A DNA stretch of 64,000 nucleotides from a virus (taxonomy: Duplodnaviria > Heunggongvirae > Uroviricota > Caudoviricetes). A program made the translations under genes and the position numbers. Of the stretch, positions 46,723 to 57,231 are shown in pieces (within the stretch, counting starts at the first letter, position 1; every line of letters begins with the position of its first letter). The notes beneath the pieces were generated by a model that worked only from the letters and a program-made list of their open reading frames with translations, had not been told where the DNA came from and did not search any database. Location: the IMG/VR virus record IMGVR_UViG_3300047994_000277, positions 1-64,000 of that record, one strand, 5' to 3'.

Positions 46723-47231
46723 GCTCGTTCTGCTTTGAAATGGTGGCGACCAGGGATTTCGTAGACGTGGAATTCGCACATCCCGTTGGCGTGAATTTCT
46801 GCTGCCAAATCGTCCCAAGTCAGGCGCTGGCTATCTGGATTAATCACCCTGATGATACCTTTGTGGTCCAAAAAGGTGACAATTACGTGTCCAAGGTCGT
46901 ATCCGGCTGGCCTGTAGAGCAGGGCGTAAAATTTGCCCAGGTAGATGTTGGACTCTAAGTGCTTTACGCTCTTAAGCCAGACCTTTTTAGCCGGAAGATC
47001 GAGCTTTTTTAGCAGCTTTGAAAATTGAAAGTTGTAGATGCCCTTGGATCTGTTGTATCCGCAGGAGGCGGCCTGCTTTTCAATGGCACTATACGGCTGG
47101 TATTTATTGCACCAAGATGCCGCATTGAAAGCAGCGACGACCCCACAATCCTTAGCGCGCCTATTTTTCTTAATTAGCTTCATCATGCTATTGATGGTAT
47201 CACCAAGATCGGCATCTATCAAACATTTCAT
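46719..47231 (-). CDS. papain-fold Cys/His peptidase-like protein (C39-like, speculative)
   Basis: DCGVVAAFNAASW (Cys) and GHVIV (His) spacing. Confidence 0.4.
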   Translation of the reverse strand: MKCLIDADLGDTINSMMKLIKKNRRAKDCGVVAAFNAASWCNKYQPYSAIEKQAASCGYNRSKGIYNFQFSKLLKKLDLPAKKVWLKSVKHLESNIYLGKFYALLYRPAGYDLGHVIVTFLDHKGIIRVINPDSQRLTWDDLAAEIHANGMCEFHVYEIPGRHHFKAERA

Positions 47232-47778
47232 CTATATACTGGTTATAGTGAGCATAGAGGCAGTTGTCGTCTACGACGACCGGGTACGTGAGGCTTGTAG
47301 GGCACCCATCGTCCCAATAGCCTGGGCGCGGGCCACCTTCTTGCTGCCATTGAAGCGCTCGCGCAATCCTAGCCCCTTCTGTTTCGGGATAATCGAGATT
47401 TTTCCCGTAATCGTGCCCGCGAGTACAGTAGCAATGGGTTAACTCGTGGAAAAGCATGGCTAATTTTGAAGCCGATGTAGCATTATTCCAAAAATCACTA
47501 TCTACGTCGATCTCTCGCCAATTAAGCCCATAATTACAAATACCTACGACGTTTCCGTAGTTAATTTTTTTGAACCCAACCGTGACGTCATGGAAAAATT
47601 TGATGTTTTTACGCGTACTTAGCCCCAAATATTCGTCCACATAAGGCTTTAGCGTAGGATCCACACCCTTATATTCTGGATGCGTTTTTAGCTTCGGTCC
47701 AGAGCAGCAAGAGCACAGTGTTGCCAGGGCAAGTAAAGTAATCAGGTAATTAACAATCTTTAAGAGAATAGCTTTCAT
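47200..47778 (-). CDS. secreted zinc metallopeptidase-like lipoprotein
   Basis: Lipobox LCSCC. HELTHC HExxH motif. Confidence 0.6.
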   Translation of the reverse strand: MKAILLKIVNYLITLLALATLCSCCSGPKLKTHPEYKGVDPTLKPYVDEYLGLSTRKNIKFFHDVTVGFKKINYGNVVGICNYGLNWREIDVDSDFWNNATSASKLAMLFHELTHCYCTRGHDYGKNLDYPETEGARIARALQWQQEGGPRPGYWDDGCPTSLTYPVVVDDNCLYAHYNQYIDEMFDRCRSW

Positions 47779-47842
47779 AACGATGATATATCACAGGTGA
47801 CAGGTCCGAGCTGACCCCACAATCTTAAGCAAGAGGGCTTGT

Positions 47843-50626
47843 ATGTCTTTTGGCGATTCTTTCAGTTCAGGTTTTGGCTTAGATAGCATTGTTCAGTCGA
47901 TTCAATCGGCAGCTGGACTTGTATCTGCTAAGAAAAATAACGCCGGACCGGTTGCGGTCCCTTGGGGTTACCAAAATTCGAACATCCAAAGCGCATTCTT
48001 CCCATTTTTGGTAATAAAACCAGATAGATGGGACGAATTATTCCCTTATCGACTGATGGTCGTTGACATTACGAACAATCAGATCGTGTCAGGTACGTCT
48101 GGTGGTCTTGTTCCTCCTCAAATCACGGTTCGCCAGGGCACGGATATCGCCGTCGTGGACTTCGAGAAGGGTCCTTCGACCAATTCCTGGATTTTTACCC
48201 TACCCATTTCTCCTAATCAGCTGACAATTACGGACCAATTTGCCATTTCGACGACCCCAACCCTTCGCGGTATCATCGAAGAGCACAACGGAGTCAAATT
48301 TAAGCTGATCAGCGCATCTGGATCCGTTGGCGTGTGGCCTTATCGTGCCAATTTGACCTCGCCTCCATCGACCCCAACCGTTCTCCAGTCCCTTTTTGGC
48401 GGAACCATCGAGGCATTGGGCTCTGTAGTTCAATCCGTCAATAGCGTCATCAACACGGCAACCGGTAATAGCGCTGCAAACAAACCTACGTCGATCCGCC
48501 CAGAAGTTTCCGTTAACGGACCGTCGAGCACGGGCTATTGGATGGCCTTACAGCTTCAGCAATTCCTGGAACAGTACGCCGAGGCAAAGAAAGATCCAAA
48601 GAACGCCTCTTGGCGTTTGGTTTTTGATATTCCAAAGCAGAATCAGTCTTTCATTGTTACTCCGATGCAGTACAATTGGCAGCAAAACGCCGCAAAGCCA
48701 ATGGAGTACCTGTATTCGCTTCAGTTTAAGGCCTGGAGACGCATCGATCTCGATCAGCCTTCACAAAGGGCTCCTTCGACCGTTCAGCCAATCAGTCCTG
48801 GCATTCTACAGAGACTTCTCAGTACGATTGCCCTTGCTAGAGCTACGTGTAGTTCAAGTTTGAATTTGATTGGCGCCGTCCGCTCGGACGTAGAAACGCC
48901 CTTGACCGTTCTTAGGCAGACTGCGCTCTTTATCAAAGATTTAATGGGCGTGGGAATCGCTGCGGCTGATTTGCCATCGAACATCATTAAGGACTATTCG
49001 AGTTCTATAGCGCAATCCGTGGTGGTTTTGAAAGATTCTATCCGCTCCATCAGTTCTGACCCCCAAGTTCGAGCAGATGTGGACGCCATCGTGAATGCAT
49101 TGAAGCAGATCGAAGGATTGTCCCTATCTGCTGTTACCAGTAACCCTTCGGTTGTGTCTAAGAATCCGACACCAGTCATTGCGAACGGTATTCCAGGTAC
49201 TCCTGGCGTTACCTTGAGCGGTGGACAATCGAACGCAGGATCTAGGGGTCAATTAGGTACTAATGCATCTGTGAACCTTTTGCTTGGTCCTATTAACGAT
49301 ATTTTCAATAACCCTCAAGCTCACCTTGCTTTGCTGAGTCTGATTCCGGTTTCTTCGCTTAAGCTAAACAATGCTCAACGTAAGTACATCGTCACGTTGA
49401 CTCAGCAAGCATCCCAGACCACAGTTGCTCAACTTAAGCAGTATCGTTCGGTTATCCAAACCCTTTCTCTTCAGCTGTCGAACAGCTTTGGTACAGGTAA
49501 CTCGTTCTACAGCCAAATTTATGGTCAGCCAGCTCCTACGCCACGCATTCAACCCGTGACTTTGGACGAGTACGCTATTTTGCAAACTCTCTACGATGCC
49601 ATGCAGGGCTATGACATTTTGACCGCTACCACTCAGGTGGACGATAACATTACGGGCCTTGCTGTTAGCACCATTCCTGGATCCACGACAACCACGGGTT
49701 CCGGTGTTTCCAGCGTAGACTACGTTGCATCGCTTGCGGCCACTTCTCAGATTCCATTCCAGACCCCAACTTCCAAGATCCTTGCACCGGTCCCATTTGG
49801 TAAGAGCATCGAGGGTATCGCTCAGAAGTATCTTGGCGATGCTCAGCGTTGGCTTGAAATCGCCACCCTGAACAACCTTCGCGATCCTTACATCGACGAG
49901 AATGGTTTTAAGTACCCTCTTCTTTCGAATGCTACGGGGCGTCAAATTACCATCGAAAGCGACGATAACCTGTACATTGGCCAAAGAATTATTCTGATGA
50001 GTACCACGCAGGTTCCATCGGCGCGCACGGTTCTTGATATCGACCAGCTCTCCGAAACCAGCTTTTTGATCACCCTGGACGGTCTGGCCAACATCGACAA
50101 CTTCGTTTTGGCCGATAGCGCTTACCTCCAGGCCTACTTGCCAGGAACGGTTAATAGCCAGCAGAAGATTTTTATCCCTAGTGATGTTCCAGTCACTAAG
50201 GGTGCAAACATCATCGCTCCTCCTTCGACGACCAGCGACCCTCTTACGGGCCTAAGTAAGGTCGATTGGCTTTTGACTGAAACGGGCGATATCGCCGTTA
50301 ACAACTATGGCGATTTCCGTGTCGCAAGCGGAATTACTAATATAGTTCAAGCACTTATGATCAAATTCAGTACCTTCCAAGGTACCGTTTTGACACATCC
50401 TACCTTTGGTTTGAACGTGCGTGTTGGCAGTTCGGTGTCCGATGTTGATCTCCAGAATCTCTATAATGCGGTGAACAACATGATTAAGCAGGATCCTCGC
50501 TTCCTTCAGATCGAACAGTTCCAGATTGTCGTCAATGGTCCGACCCTTACCCTCAATGTAGCCGTAAGTATGCCAAACCAAACGGGAGTTTTCCCAATTT
50601 CTTATAATCTGACTGCGGCTGCTTAA
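47843..50626 (+). CDS. large tail/baseplate protein with LysM-like segment
   Basis: 927 aa. SIEGIAQKYLGDAQRWLEIATLNNL resembles LysM. Confidence 0.55.
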   Translation: MSFGDSFSSGFGLDSIVQSIQSAAGLVSAKKNNAGPVAVPWGYQNSNIQSAFFPFLVIKPDRWDELFPYRLMVVDITNNQIVSGTSGGLVPPQITVRQGTDIAVVDFEKGPSTNSWIFTLPISPNQLTITDQFAISTTPTLRGIIEEHNGVKFKLISASGSVGVWPYRANLTSPPSTPTVLQSLFGGTIEALGSVVQSVNSVINTATGNSAANKPTSIRPEVSVNGPSSTGYWMALQLQQFLEQYAEAKKDPKNASWRLVFDIPKQNQSFIVTPMQYNWQQNAAKPMEYLYSLQFKAWRRIDLDQPSQRAPSTVQPISPGILQRLLSTIALARATCSSSLNLIGAVRSDVETPLTVLRQTALFIKDLMGVGIAAADLPSNIIKDYSSSIAQSVVVLKDSIRSISSDPQVRADVDAIVNALKQIEGLSLSAVTSNPSVVSKNPTPVIANGIPGTPGVTLSGGQSNAGSRGQLGTNASVNLLLGPINDIFNNPQAHLALLSLIPVSSLKLNNAQRKYIVTLTQQASQTTVAQLKQYRSVIQTLSLQLSNSFGTGNSFYSQIYGQPAPTPRIQPVTLDEYAILQTLYDAMQGYDILTATTQVDDNITGLAVSTIPGSTTTTGSGVSSVDYVASLAATSQIPFQTPTSKILAPVPFGKSIEGIAQKYLGDAQRWLEIATLNNLRDPYIDENGFKYPLLSNATGRQITIESDDNLYIGQRIILMSTTQVPSARTVLDIDQLSETSFLITLDGLANIDNFVLADSAYLQAYLPGTVNSQQKIFIPSDVPVTKGANIIAPPSTTSDPLTGLSKVDWLLTETGDIAVNNYGDFRVASGITNIVQALMIKFSTFQGTVLTHPTFGLNVRVGSSVSDVDLQNLYNAVNNMIKQDPRFLQIEQFQIVVNGPTLTLNVAVSMPNQTGVFPISYNLTAAA

Positions 50627-50665
50627 TGATATATAAGGGCATAATCTTTACTGTGAAGGTAAAAT

Positions 50666-53600
50666 ATGGCATCTGATCTCCCAGAACCACAGTCTTATGA
50701 GCAAATTTTGTCCGACATGCTGTCGGCCTATGCTGCCAAAGTTGGTATTAACGATTTTAACGTCGGTTCGGCAGTTACGAGCTTCTTTGAAGTCGTAGCG
50801 CTGGCCACAGCCCGCTCGTCCGGGGACGTGTTCCAGATCCTTAAGGATTTCTCGGTAGATAGAGCTACCGGCGACTCCCTGAAGCGCCTGGCTACTGAAA
50901 ACGGTATCGTTCCTATTTCTGCCCGTCCAACGACTGGTTTGGTGAACGTTGTCGATGTCAGTTTTACCAAGATTTCGACCAAGATCTATTCTGGCCTGAA
51001 TCCCCCAAATATCGGCTCGACTACGATCAATGTTAGCGACGCTTCTAAGTTCCCTTCGAGTGGAAGCCTTTATCTGGGTCGCGGTACTCCAAACGTTGAA
51101 GGTCCCATTCCTTATTCAGTTGCTCCAGTCCAAAACGGTGGTTATTGGATCTTCACGTTGACCAATCCAACTACCAAGTTCCATAACCTTGGCGAGACGA
51201 TCATTCTGGCTCAAGGCGGCAATCGCGCCGTCCCTGCTAATGCCATCGTAAACTCTCCAGGCGTTGGCGCAAGCTCTGATATCCAGTACTCCGTAACCAC
51301 GGCAGCTGTCGTACTTGACGGCGAAACCGAAGTTGACGGTGTATCCGTTACGGCTCTTAACCCAGGTTCGGCTGGTAACGTCCCATCGGGCGCTATTAAG
51401 ACATTCTCTGCTCCTCCTTTTAACGGTGCAACCGTTACTAACCCACTTCCCTTCACTACTGGCGCAGATAGCGAAACTGATGACCAGCTTCGCGTTCGCG
51501 TTAAAAACGCACTCGCTTCGACTGGTTTGGGAACGGCCACTGCTGTTAAAGCGGCTTTGATCGGCGCAACTCCTTCTGACGAGCAGGCTACTATCGTTAG
51601 CGATTCGCTGCAGATCAACACCGATGGTTCTGCGATCGTTTTTGTGGACGACGGCAATGGCTATGAAGAAAAAAGCGCTGGCGTCGGTATTGAATCGATC
51701 GTCGATAGTGCTATTGGTGGCGAACAGTTCTTCTCTCTCCAGACAGGTGGACGCCAAGCTCCAGTAGCTAAGGCGTATCTGCAAACCACCCTATCTGCCC
51801 CTTTTGATCTTATCGGCGGTGACACTCTCGCAGTGGTCGTTGGCGGTATTACGTATCAACATACGTTCTCCACTTCCGATTTCCGTTCCCCAGGTGGCGC
51901 AACAGCGTTTGAAGTTACGGCTTCGATCAACGCCGACACCTCCTTGGGCTTTGAAGCTACAACGGCGGGTGGCGGTCTTTACGTGGTTATCCGCGCAAAA
52001 GCTGAGGAACATGATAGCATTCAAACTATCGTTCCAACGCTTCAATCTGGGCGCGATGCATCTGTTCAGATGGGCTTCCCATCGAATTTGGTTCAGACCA
52101 TTCGTATTTACAAGAACCGCATTCCTCTTTCGAAAGATGGCTCTACCGCCTCGGTGTTTAGCCAAACTCAGCAATTGTGGTCTAACGCCATTCAAAATGG
52201 CGATACGCTCATTTTGGCTGTGGATGGAACCGCTTCCATCACGTACACGATTCTTGACTCTGATTTCCTGGCGACTCAGCTTTACACAAGCGTCGCTGCC
52301 ACGAACTCTTTGGCATCTTGGGCACAAGTGCTCAATGCAAAGCTTACGGGCGTGACGGTTACTATTTCTGGCCAGCAGCTTGAAATCACCTCTAACCTAG
52401 ATGCTTCTGATAGAGCAAAAATTGTTATCGACCCATCGTCCACCTTGGTTAATAAGGGCATGTTCTCTTCTAGCCTGGGTCTGTCGGAAACGGGCGCGGC
52501 GTCAGACTTTACTTTGGATCGCAACACTGCGCAATTCCAACTCGTTACTCCTTTGGAAAAGGGCGATAACCTGAGTGCAGGTACGAACGATACGCAGGGA
52601 ACTATTGTTGGTGATTCTATTTCTGGCGGAAGTATTACTCTTCCTTCGGACGCACATCTTTGGCTTCTCATTGATGCGCCAGGCACCATCATCGCAACCG
52701 GAGTTGTTGCCAATACGAACCTCGCAGTTTCTACCCCAGCTGCAAATACGATCAGATACACTTCTTCTGTTTCAAATGCATTCGCAAACGTCCTGCCAGG
52801 CGATTACGTGATCGTGTGGTCGGCAGAGCTTCCATCTGCTTCCGATCGCATCGAAGGCCGTGTCAATGCAGTTGGAGCCAATACACTTGATGTGGTCATT
52901 ACGCCTACCGAATATGCTGCCATCGTAACTACTGCCGGCATCGTATTTTTGAATGGCTTTACGGTTCTCAGAAGTGTCAATGCTCCTCAGAAATTCAAAG
53001 TTGCTGCGGGCAATAAAACCCTTGATCAAATTGCTCAAGAGCTTCAAGCTCAAACGAGCAACGTACAATTCAGCGTTGTGCAAGAGCTTTACCTGTCCAT
53101 CAACACGACCACTATGGATACCACCGGTTCCATTATGGTTATTACCGCCGATACGCAAGGCGAGCTGCTTGGCTTTACGTCGAATACGTCTGATGAAAGC
53201 AAAGACTCTTTGATCGCTTTCTATGACAGTGGTGACTACGAAGCACAGCTTCCTGTTTTCTTGCATTCTTCTTTTGCTGCCGGATCTGCCGCTGATCCAA
53301 TCGATAGCTACATTACTTCGTTTACCTCCGCAGTTTCCTTGGCTAACCGCGATCCAAACGAACTGATCTGTGTACTCCATCCTTATGGATCGGTTAGAGA
53401 TGCCCAGCCCTATGGCGAGCACACACAGGAAACATCCATTTCCGGCACGACCATTGGTGTCGTAGGCCAGCCAGATATTCGCCGTCTCCGTTCGATCGAT
53501 CGTTTCTTCATTGCAAATCCTCTTGATTTCGGTAGCCAAGATACGGCTGTTGTCGTCCTTGACAATGACCCAAGTAACGAAAGTTTCACGATCCCATTCT

Positions 53601-56600
53601 ATCGTCGCGGTATCACCAATACTGGCTACGCCGTTAATCAGTATAACTTCAATGCATACGATGTAGACTCTGGTTCAACTGCGAACTTCACCTCGGCATT
53701 TGGTTCTTTTGATTTCTCAAACTTCAAAGTCTTGATGCGCGCGAAGAAGGTCCTTAAGCCAACTCCTAGTCAAACGGCAATTCTGTATAGGGCTACGCGT
53801 TGGGGAAGAAGCGGCGAGAAGGTCACGGTGGGTTATGCCTATCCTTCTGCTCCTAATGCGGCTATCGGAAGCACTGTTATCGTGGGAACTACGGTTAACA
53901 TTCTGATCAATCTTTCATCGGGTACAGCCGTTAACTCTTCGATCAACGCTTCTACGCAGTGGAATATTACGGTTACGGCCAACACTCCTTCTGCCGGTAT
54001 TGATCAAGTTACGTACACCTGGAATGGTGTGGGTACGGCTCCAGCCCTCAGCCTGTCTGGCGGCGAGTATGTTAACATTACCACTCAGACCAATTTTAAT
54101 GCCGCAAACGATGGTATCTTCCGCGTATCTACGCAAAGTGGATTTACTCCAACGGCAACGGCTTTCTCGGTTCAAAGACCTACCGGTGTTGCAGTTGCAG
54201 AGTCCAACAAATCTAGCGGTATTAATGGAGCTATTTCGTTCTATCGTTCTTCCACGACAACCGCTGCGGACGTTGCTACATATGTTAATACCAACCTATC
54301 TCAATACGTTTCAGCAACGATTGTGAACGATGGCGGTATCACAGGTGCAGGCGGGATCGTTCTCAGTACCTGGGAAGACAGCGGTTTCACATACAGTTTC
54401 GTTCAACTTAAGGACGGCATTAACTGGATCGCGTCTAGCAACTTGACCGGCTCTCCTCAGTTTGTATTCAAAACTCCTCTCGCCCTTTCTAGCGATGTCG
54501 GATATGCTTTCAATAACGGTGAAGAAGTGCGCTTGATCCCAACCACTATGGATCAGGTCAGTCGCCTGATTTCCATCTTGGCCGTTACCGGTTTCTCTAC
54601 GATTGGCTCGATCAATCTCGTCGATCGCGCTCAGCGCCTTGAGCTAGCTACTAGCGTTCTCGGCTCCAGCGGTTCCATCCAGATCATCGGTGGTCTGGGC
54701 AATGAATACCAAGTTCCTATCTTGGATTCTGGTCAGCGTCTCGACAATACTTACATGACTGCATCCGTTGATACGGTTGCCGGCCAAGGCATTCATTCTG
54801 ACCAGTGGTTTAGACTTCAAGCTACGCAGTTCCAGAATAAAATCGCAGGATTTTCTTCCAATAGCAGCGTGACTACGCTCGGTAACACTCCAACGTCTAA
54901 TCAGACGACCATCCAAATGCTTGGAAGAAATCTTACCCAGCGTTACTTTGGTAAGCCAAGAAATCACGTTCGCACTCGCAGTCGCACCTTCAGGGTCGAA
55001 AAGCAGGGCTCGCTGGTCTGTATTAGCTGGAACGGAACTGGTTCGTCTCCAAACTTCCTCAAGTCTCCGCTGAACTTCAACGATTCTGCTGGCGGAACGG
55101 TCAACGTCTCTTTGGTTAGTGGAACTAGCGACGCCCAGTACACGATCTTGACTGGAAATACGAACTTTACCGAACTCTCTATCGGCGATTTGATCACGAT
55201 TTCTGGAATGCCTAAAGCTGTAAACAACGGTACCTTCCCGGTATCTGGCGTGTCAGATAACGGCACGGTGATTCAGGTCACGAATCCAAGCGCTGCAAAT
55301 CAGTTCTCGTCTGGTACTTTTACCCTGGTTACGAACTCTACCTCTGGCGATAACTTCCTGGTCGGTGCTACTCATTTGATTGCCGGAACCAACTTCGCTA
55401 TCGGCGGAACGGCCCAGATCACCGCAGCTAACCTGGCAGCTACCATCGCCGCTCTTCCTCAAGTTACCTGTGCGGCAAACGGAAACGTTGTTACGGTCAC
55501 AGGTACGTTTGCCAATCAGAGTCTGGCTCTCGGCTACAGTGGAACGGGAACGGTCACAGTAAGCGGTGCCTCAATCGTCGGTACGACCTTCTCTGCTGGA
55601 CAATTCTCGGCTTCGAGCAGCGTTTCGGAAGGCGATACGGTCACTTTAGGTTCGCCTTTCTCGGTCTTGAATCAAGGACGTTTCAGAGTCATTCGTAGGT
55701 ACAACAATTCCTTCTACATCGAGAACTCTAACGTGGTTGAAGAAGAAGTTACGCTTCCTTTTAACTCGATCAATATTGGATTCGATTCTACGACCTCGTT
55801 TAAGGTCAACGCTACCAATCATACGTTGTTCTTGAATTGGAACGGTATTGGAACTGAGCCACATCTAGAAAACGCTCATATGGGAGATGTCCTTACCGTA
55901 GGTACGGATTTTAACTCCGCCAACCAAGGCATTTTCATGGTTCTCGATTCGGGTGCAAAACTCAATCAGATTGCTCAATTCGTCATGCCTACTGGCGCAC
56001 AACTGTCGCCTACCGGTGCGGGTAATTATTTCAAAATCAATAACGCCTCCAACGTAAACCAGTATTATGTTTGGTTTAACGTGAACGGCGGTAACTCGGA
56101 TCCAGCCCCAGGCGGCGGACTCGTAGGTGTGCAAGTTGCCGTATTGAACGGTGACAACGCTACCACGGTTGCATCCAAAGCCGCAACGGCCATTAACACG
56201 GGTACGGTTGGTATCACGGCTACCTTCTCTAGCAATGTGCTCACCAGCACTTTGGCGGGCTTTGTTCCTACGAATGATCCAGTCAACGTTACCATGCCTG
56301 CTCCGTTCAGCGTGACCATTGTCCAAGAGGGACGCACGACGTTCGTTGAATGTATCAATCCTTCTGCAGTTAATCAATCCACCGTACTCGTCACTGGCGG
56401 GGTCTTGCAAGTTCACAGACCTCAGATGCAGTTCTGGGAGTACGAAGCAACCGTTCCAGGTGACAAATACGTTGTCTCTGGATCCGTGATTGGCTCGTCC
56501 AACGCTGGAACGTACAACGTTATCCAAGTCATCAGCCGCGATAGCATCGTGGTCTCCGGTAACCTGTCTAACGTATCCAACGTGAGCATGAACGGTAATG

Positions 56601-57229
56601 AAACGGCCATCTTCGTCCAAGAAGGCGTTTTGTACTCTGGTTACAAGCATGTCTACCTGACTACGGCTCAGCCCGGAACGACTTCCAGAAGCGAGATCTT
56701 GTTCAGAAGCAACGCTCAGTACCCTAAGATCAATCAGTCTGCCGGCGTCCAAATGACCTCTCTGAGCAAGTTGAACTTCTCAACGGTTCTTCGTAGCGGT
56801 CTTGACAGCTATCGTTATAACACCGGCTTAATCGCAGAAGCTAACCGTATCATCTACGGTGACCCTCGCGACCCAGTGACCTACCCAGGCGTCGGCGCTG
56901 CAGGTGCAGATATCTTCGTTCGTGCTCCTCTCGCTTACCGTATCCAGGTCTCGGTTGACGTTCGTCTGTTGACCGGTGCTCCGTTCAATAACGTTGCTCA
57001 GCAGATCCGTAGCTCGGTTTCGTCTCTGATCAAGTCCAACCCTGTTGGTCAGTCCATCGATATCAGCTCGATCGTTGCGGCGGTTCGCGCCGTTCCAGGC
57101 GTTCAATCGGTTGCCGTTACCTCTCCTCAGTACGACTCAACTCATGACTTGATCACCTTGGTTCCTGCTCAAAAGGCTATCATTGTCGATCCTACGACCG
57201 ATATCTCTGTCGATCAGATTGGTGGTTAA
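50666..57229 (+). CDS. giant tail fiber/adhesin-like protein
   Basis: 2187 aa, Thr/Ser/Gly/Asn/Val-rich. Repeated unit of about 45 aa with W-N-G-x-G-x-x-P (three copies). C-terminal YYVWFNVNGGNSDP domain shared with the 62041 ORF. Confidence 0.7.
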   Translation: MASDLPEPQSYEQILSDMLSAYAAKVGINDFNVGSAVTSFFEVVALATARSSGDVFQILKDFSVDRATGDSLKRLATENGIVPISARPTTGLVNVVDVSFTKISTKIYSGLNPPNIGSTTINVSDASKFPSSGSLYLGRGTPNVEGPIPYSVAPVQNGGYWIFTLTNPTTKFHNLGETIILAQGGNRAVPANAIVNSPGVGASSDIQYSVTTAAVVLDGETEVDGVSVTALNPGSAGNVPSGAIKTFSAPPFNGATVTNPLPFTTGADSETDDQLRVRVKNALASTGLGTATAVKAALIGATPSDEQATIVSDSLQINTDGSAIVFVDDGNGYEEKSAGVGIESIVDSAIGGEQFFSLQTGGRQAPVAKAYLQTTLSAPFDLIGGDTLAVVVGGITYQHTFSTSDFRSPGGATAFEVTASINADTSLGFEATTAGGGLYVVIRAKAEEHDSIQTIVPTLQSGRDASVQMGFPSNLVQTIRIYKNRIPLSKDGSTASVFSQTQQLWSNAIQNGDTLILAVDGTASITYTILDSDFLATQLYTSVAATNSLASWAQVLNAKLTGVTVTISGQQLEITSNLDASDRAKIVIDPSSTLVNKGMFSSSLGLSETGAASDFTLDRNTAQFQLVTPLEKGDNLSAGTNDTQGTIVGDSISGGSITLPSDAHLWLLIDAPGTIIATGVVANTNLAVSTPAANTIRYTSSVSNAFANVLPGDYVIVWSAELPSASDRIEGRVNAVGANTLDVVITPTEYAAIVTTAGIVFLNGFTVLRSVNAPQKFKVAAGNKTLDQIAQELQAQTSNVQFSVVQELYLSINTTTMDTTGSIMVITADTQGELLGFTSNTSDESKDSLIAFYDSGDYEAQLPVFLHSSFAAGSAADPIDSYITSFTSAVSLANRDPNELICVLHPYGSVRDAQPYGEHTQETSISGTTIGVVGQPDIRRLRSIDRFFIANPLDFGSQDTAVVVLDNDPSNESFTIPFYRRGITNTGYAVNQYNFNAYDVDSGSTANFTSAFGSFDFSNFKVLMRAKKVLKPTPSQTAILYRATRWGRSGEKVTVGYAYPSAPNAAIGSTVIVGTTVNILINLSSGTAVNSSINASTQWNITVTANTPSAGIDQVTYTWNGVGTAPALSLSGGEYVNITTQTNFNAANDGIFRVSTQSGFTPTATAFSVQRPTGVAVAESNKSSGINGAISFYRSSTTTAADVATYVNTNLSQYVSATIVNDGGITGAGGIVLSTWEDSGFTYSFVQLKDGINWIASSNLTGSPQFVFKTPLALSSDVGYAFNNGEEVRLIPTTMDQVSRLISILAVTGFSTIGSINLVDRAQRLELATSVLGSSGSIQIIGGLGNEYQVPILDSGQRLDNTYMTASVDTVAGQGIHSDQWFRLQATQFQNKIAGFSSNSSVTTLGNTPTSNQTTIQMLGRNLTQRYFGKPRNHVRTRSRTFRVEKQGSLVCISWNGTGSSPNFLKSPLNFNDSAGGTVNVSLVSGTSDAQYTILTGNTNFTELSIGDLITISGMPKAVNNGTFPVSGVSDNGTVIQVTNPSAANQFSSGTFTLVTNSTSGDNFLVGATHLIAGTNFAIGGTAQITAANLAATIAALPQVTCAANGNVVTVTGTFANQSLALGYSGTGTVTVSGASIVGTTFSAGQFSASSSVSEGDTVTLGSPFSVLNQGRFRVIRRYNNSFYIENSNVVEEEVTLPFNSINIGFDSTTSFKVNATNHTLFLNWNGIGTEPHLENAHMGDVLTVGTDFNSANQGIFMVLDSGAKLNQIAQFVMPTGAQLSPTGAGNYFKINNASNVNQYYVWFNVNGGNSDPAPGGGLVGVQVAVLNGDNATTVASKAATAINTGTVGITATFSSNVLTSTLAGFVPTNDPVNVTMPAPFSVTIVQEGRTTFVECINPSAVNQSTVLVTGGVLQVHRPQMQFWEYEATVPGDKYVVSGSVIGSSNAGTYNVIQVISRDSIVVSGNLSNVSNVSMNGNETAIFVQEGVLYSGYKHVYLTTAQPGTTSRSEILFRSNAQYPKINQSAGVQMTSLSKLNFSTVLRSGLDSYRYNTGLIAEANRIIYGDPRDPVTYPGVGAAGADIFVRAPLAYRIQVSVDVRLLTGAPFNNVAQQIRSSVSSLIKSNPVGQSIDISSIVAAVRAVPGVQSVAVTSPQYDSTHDLITLVPAQKAIIVDPTTDISVDQIGG

Positions 57230-57231
57230 TT

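Noticed and set aside
50728-56752. Numerous 80-300 aa ORFs on both strands inside the 2187 aa fiber gene.
   Set aside because: They are nested in a single continuous 6.5 kb reading frame with internal repeats. The Thr/Ser/Gly/Val-rich codon usage leaves alternative frames open by chance.
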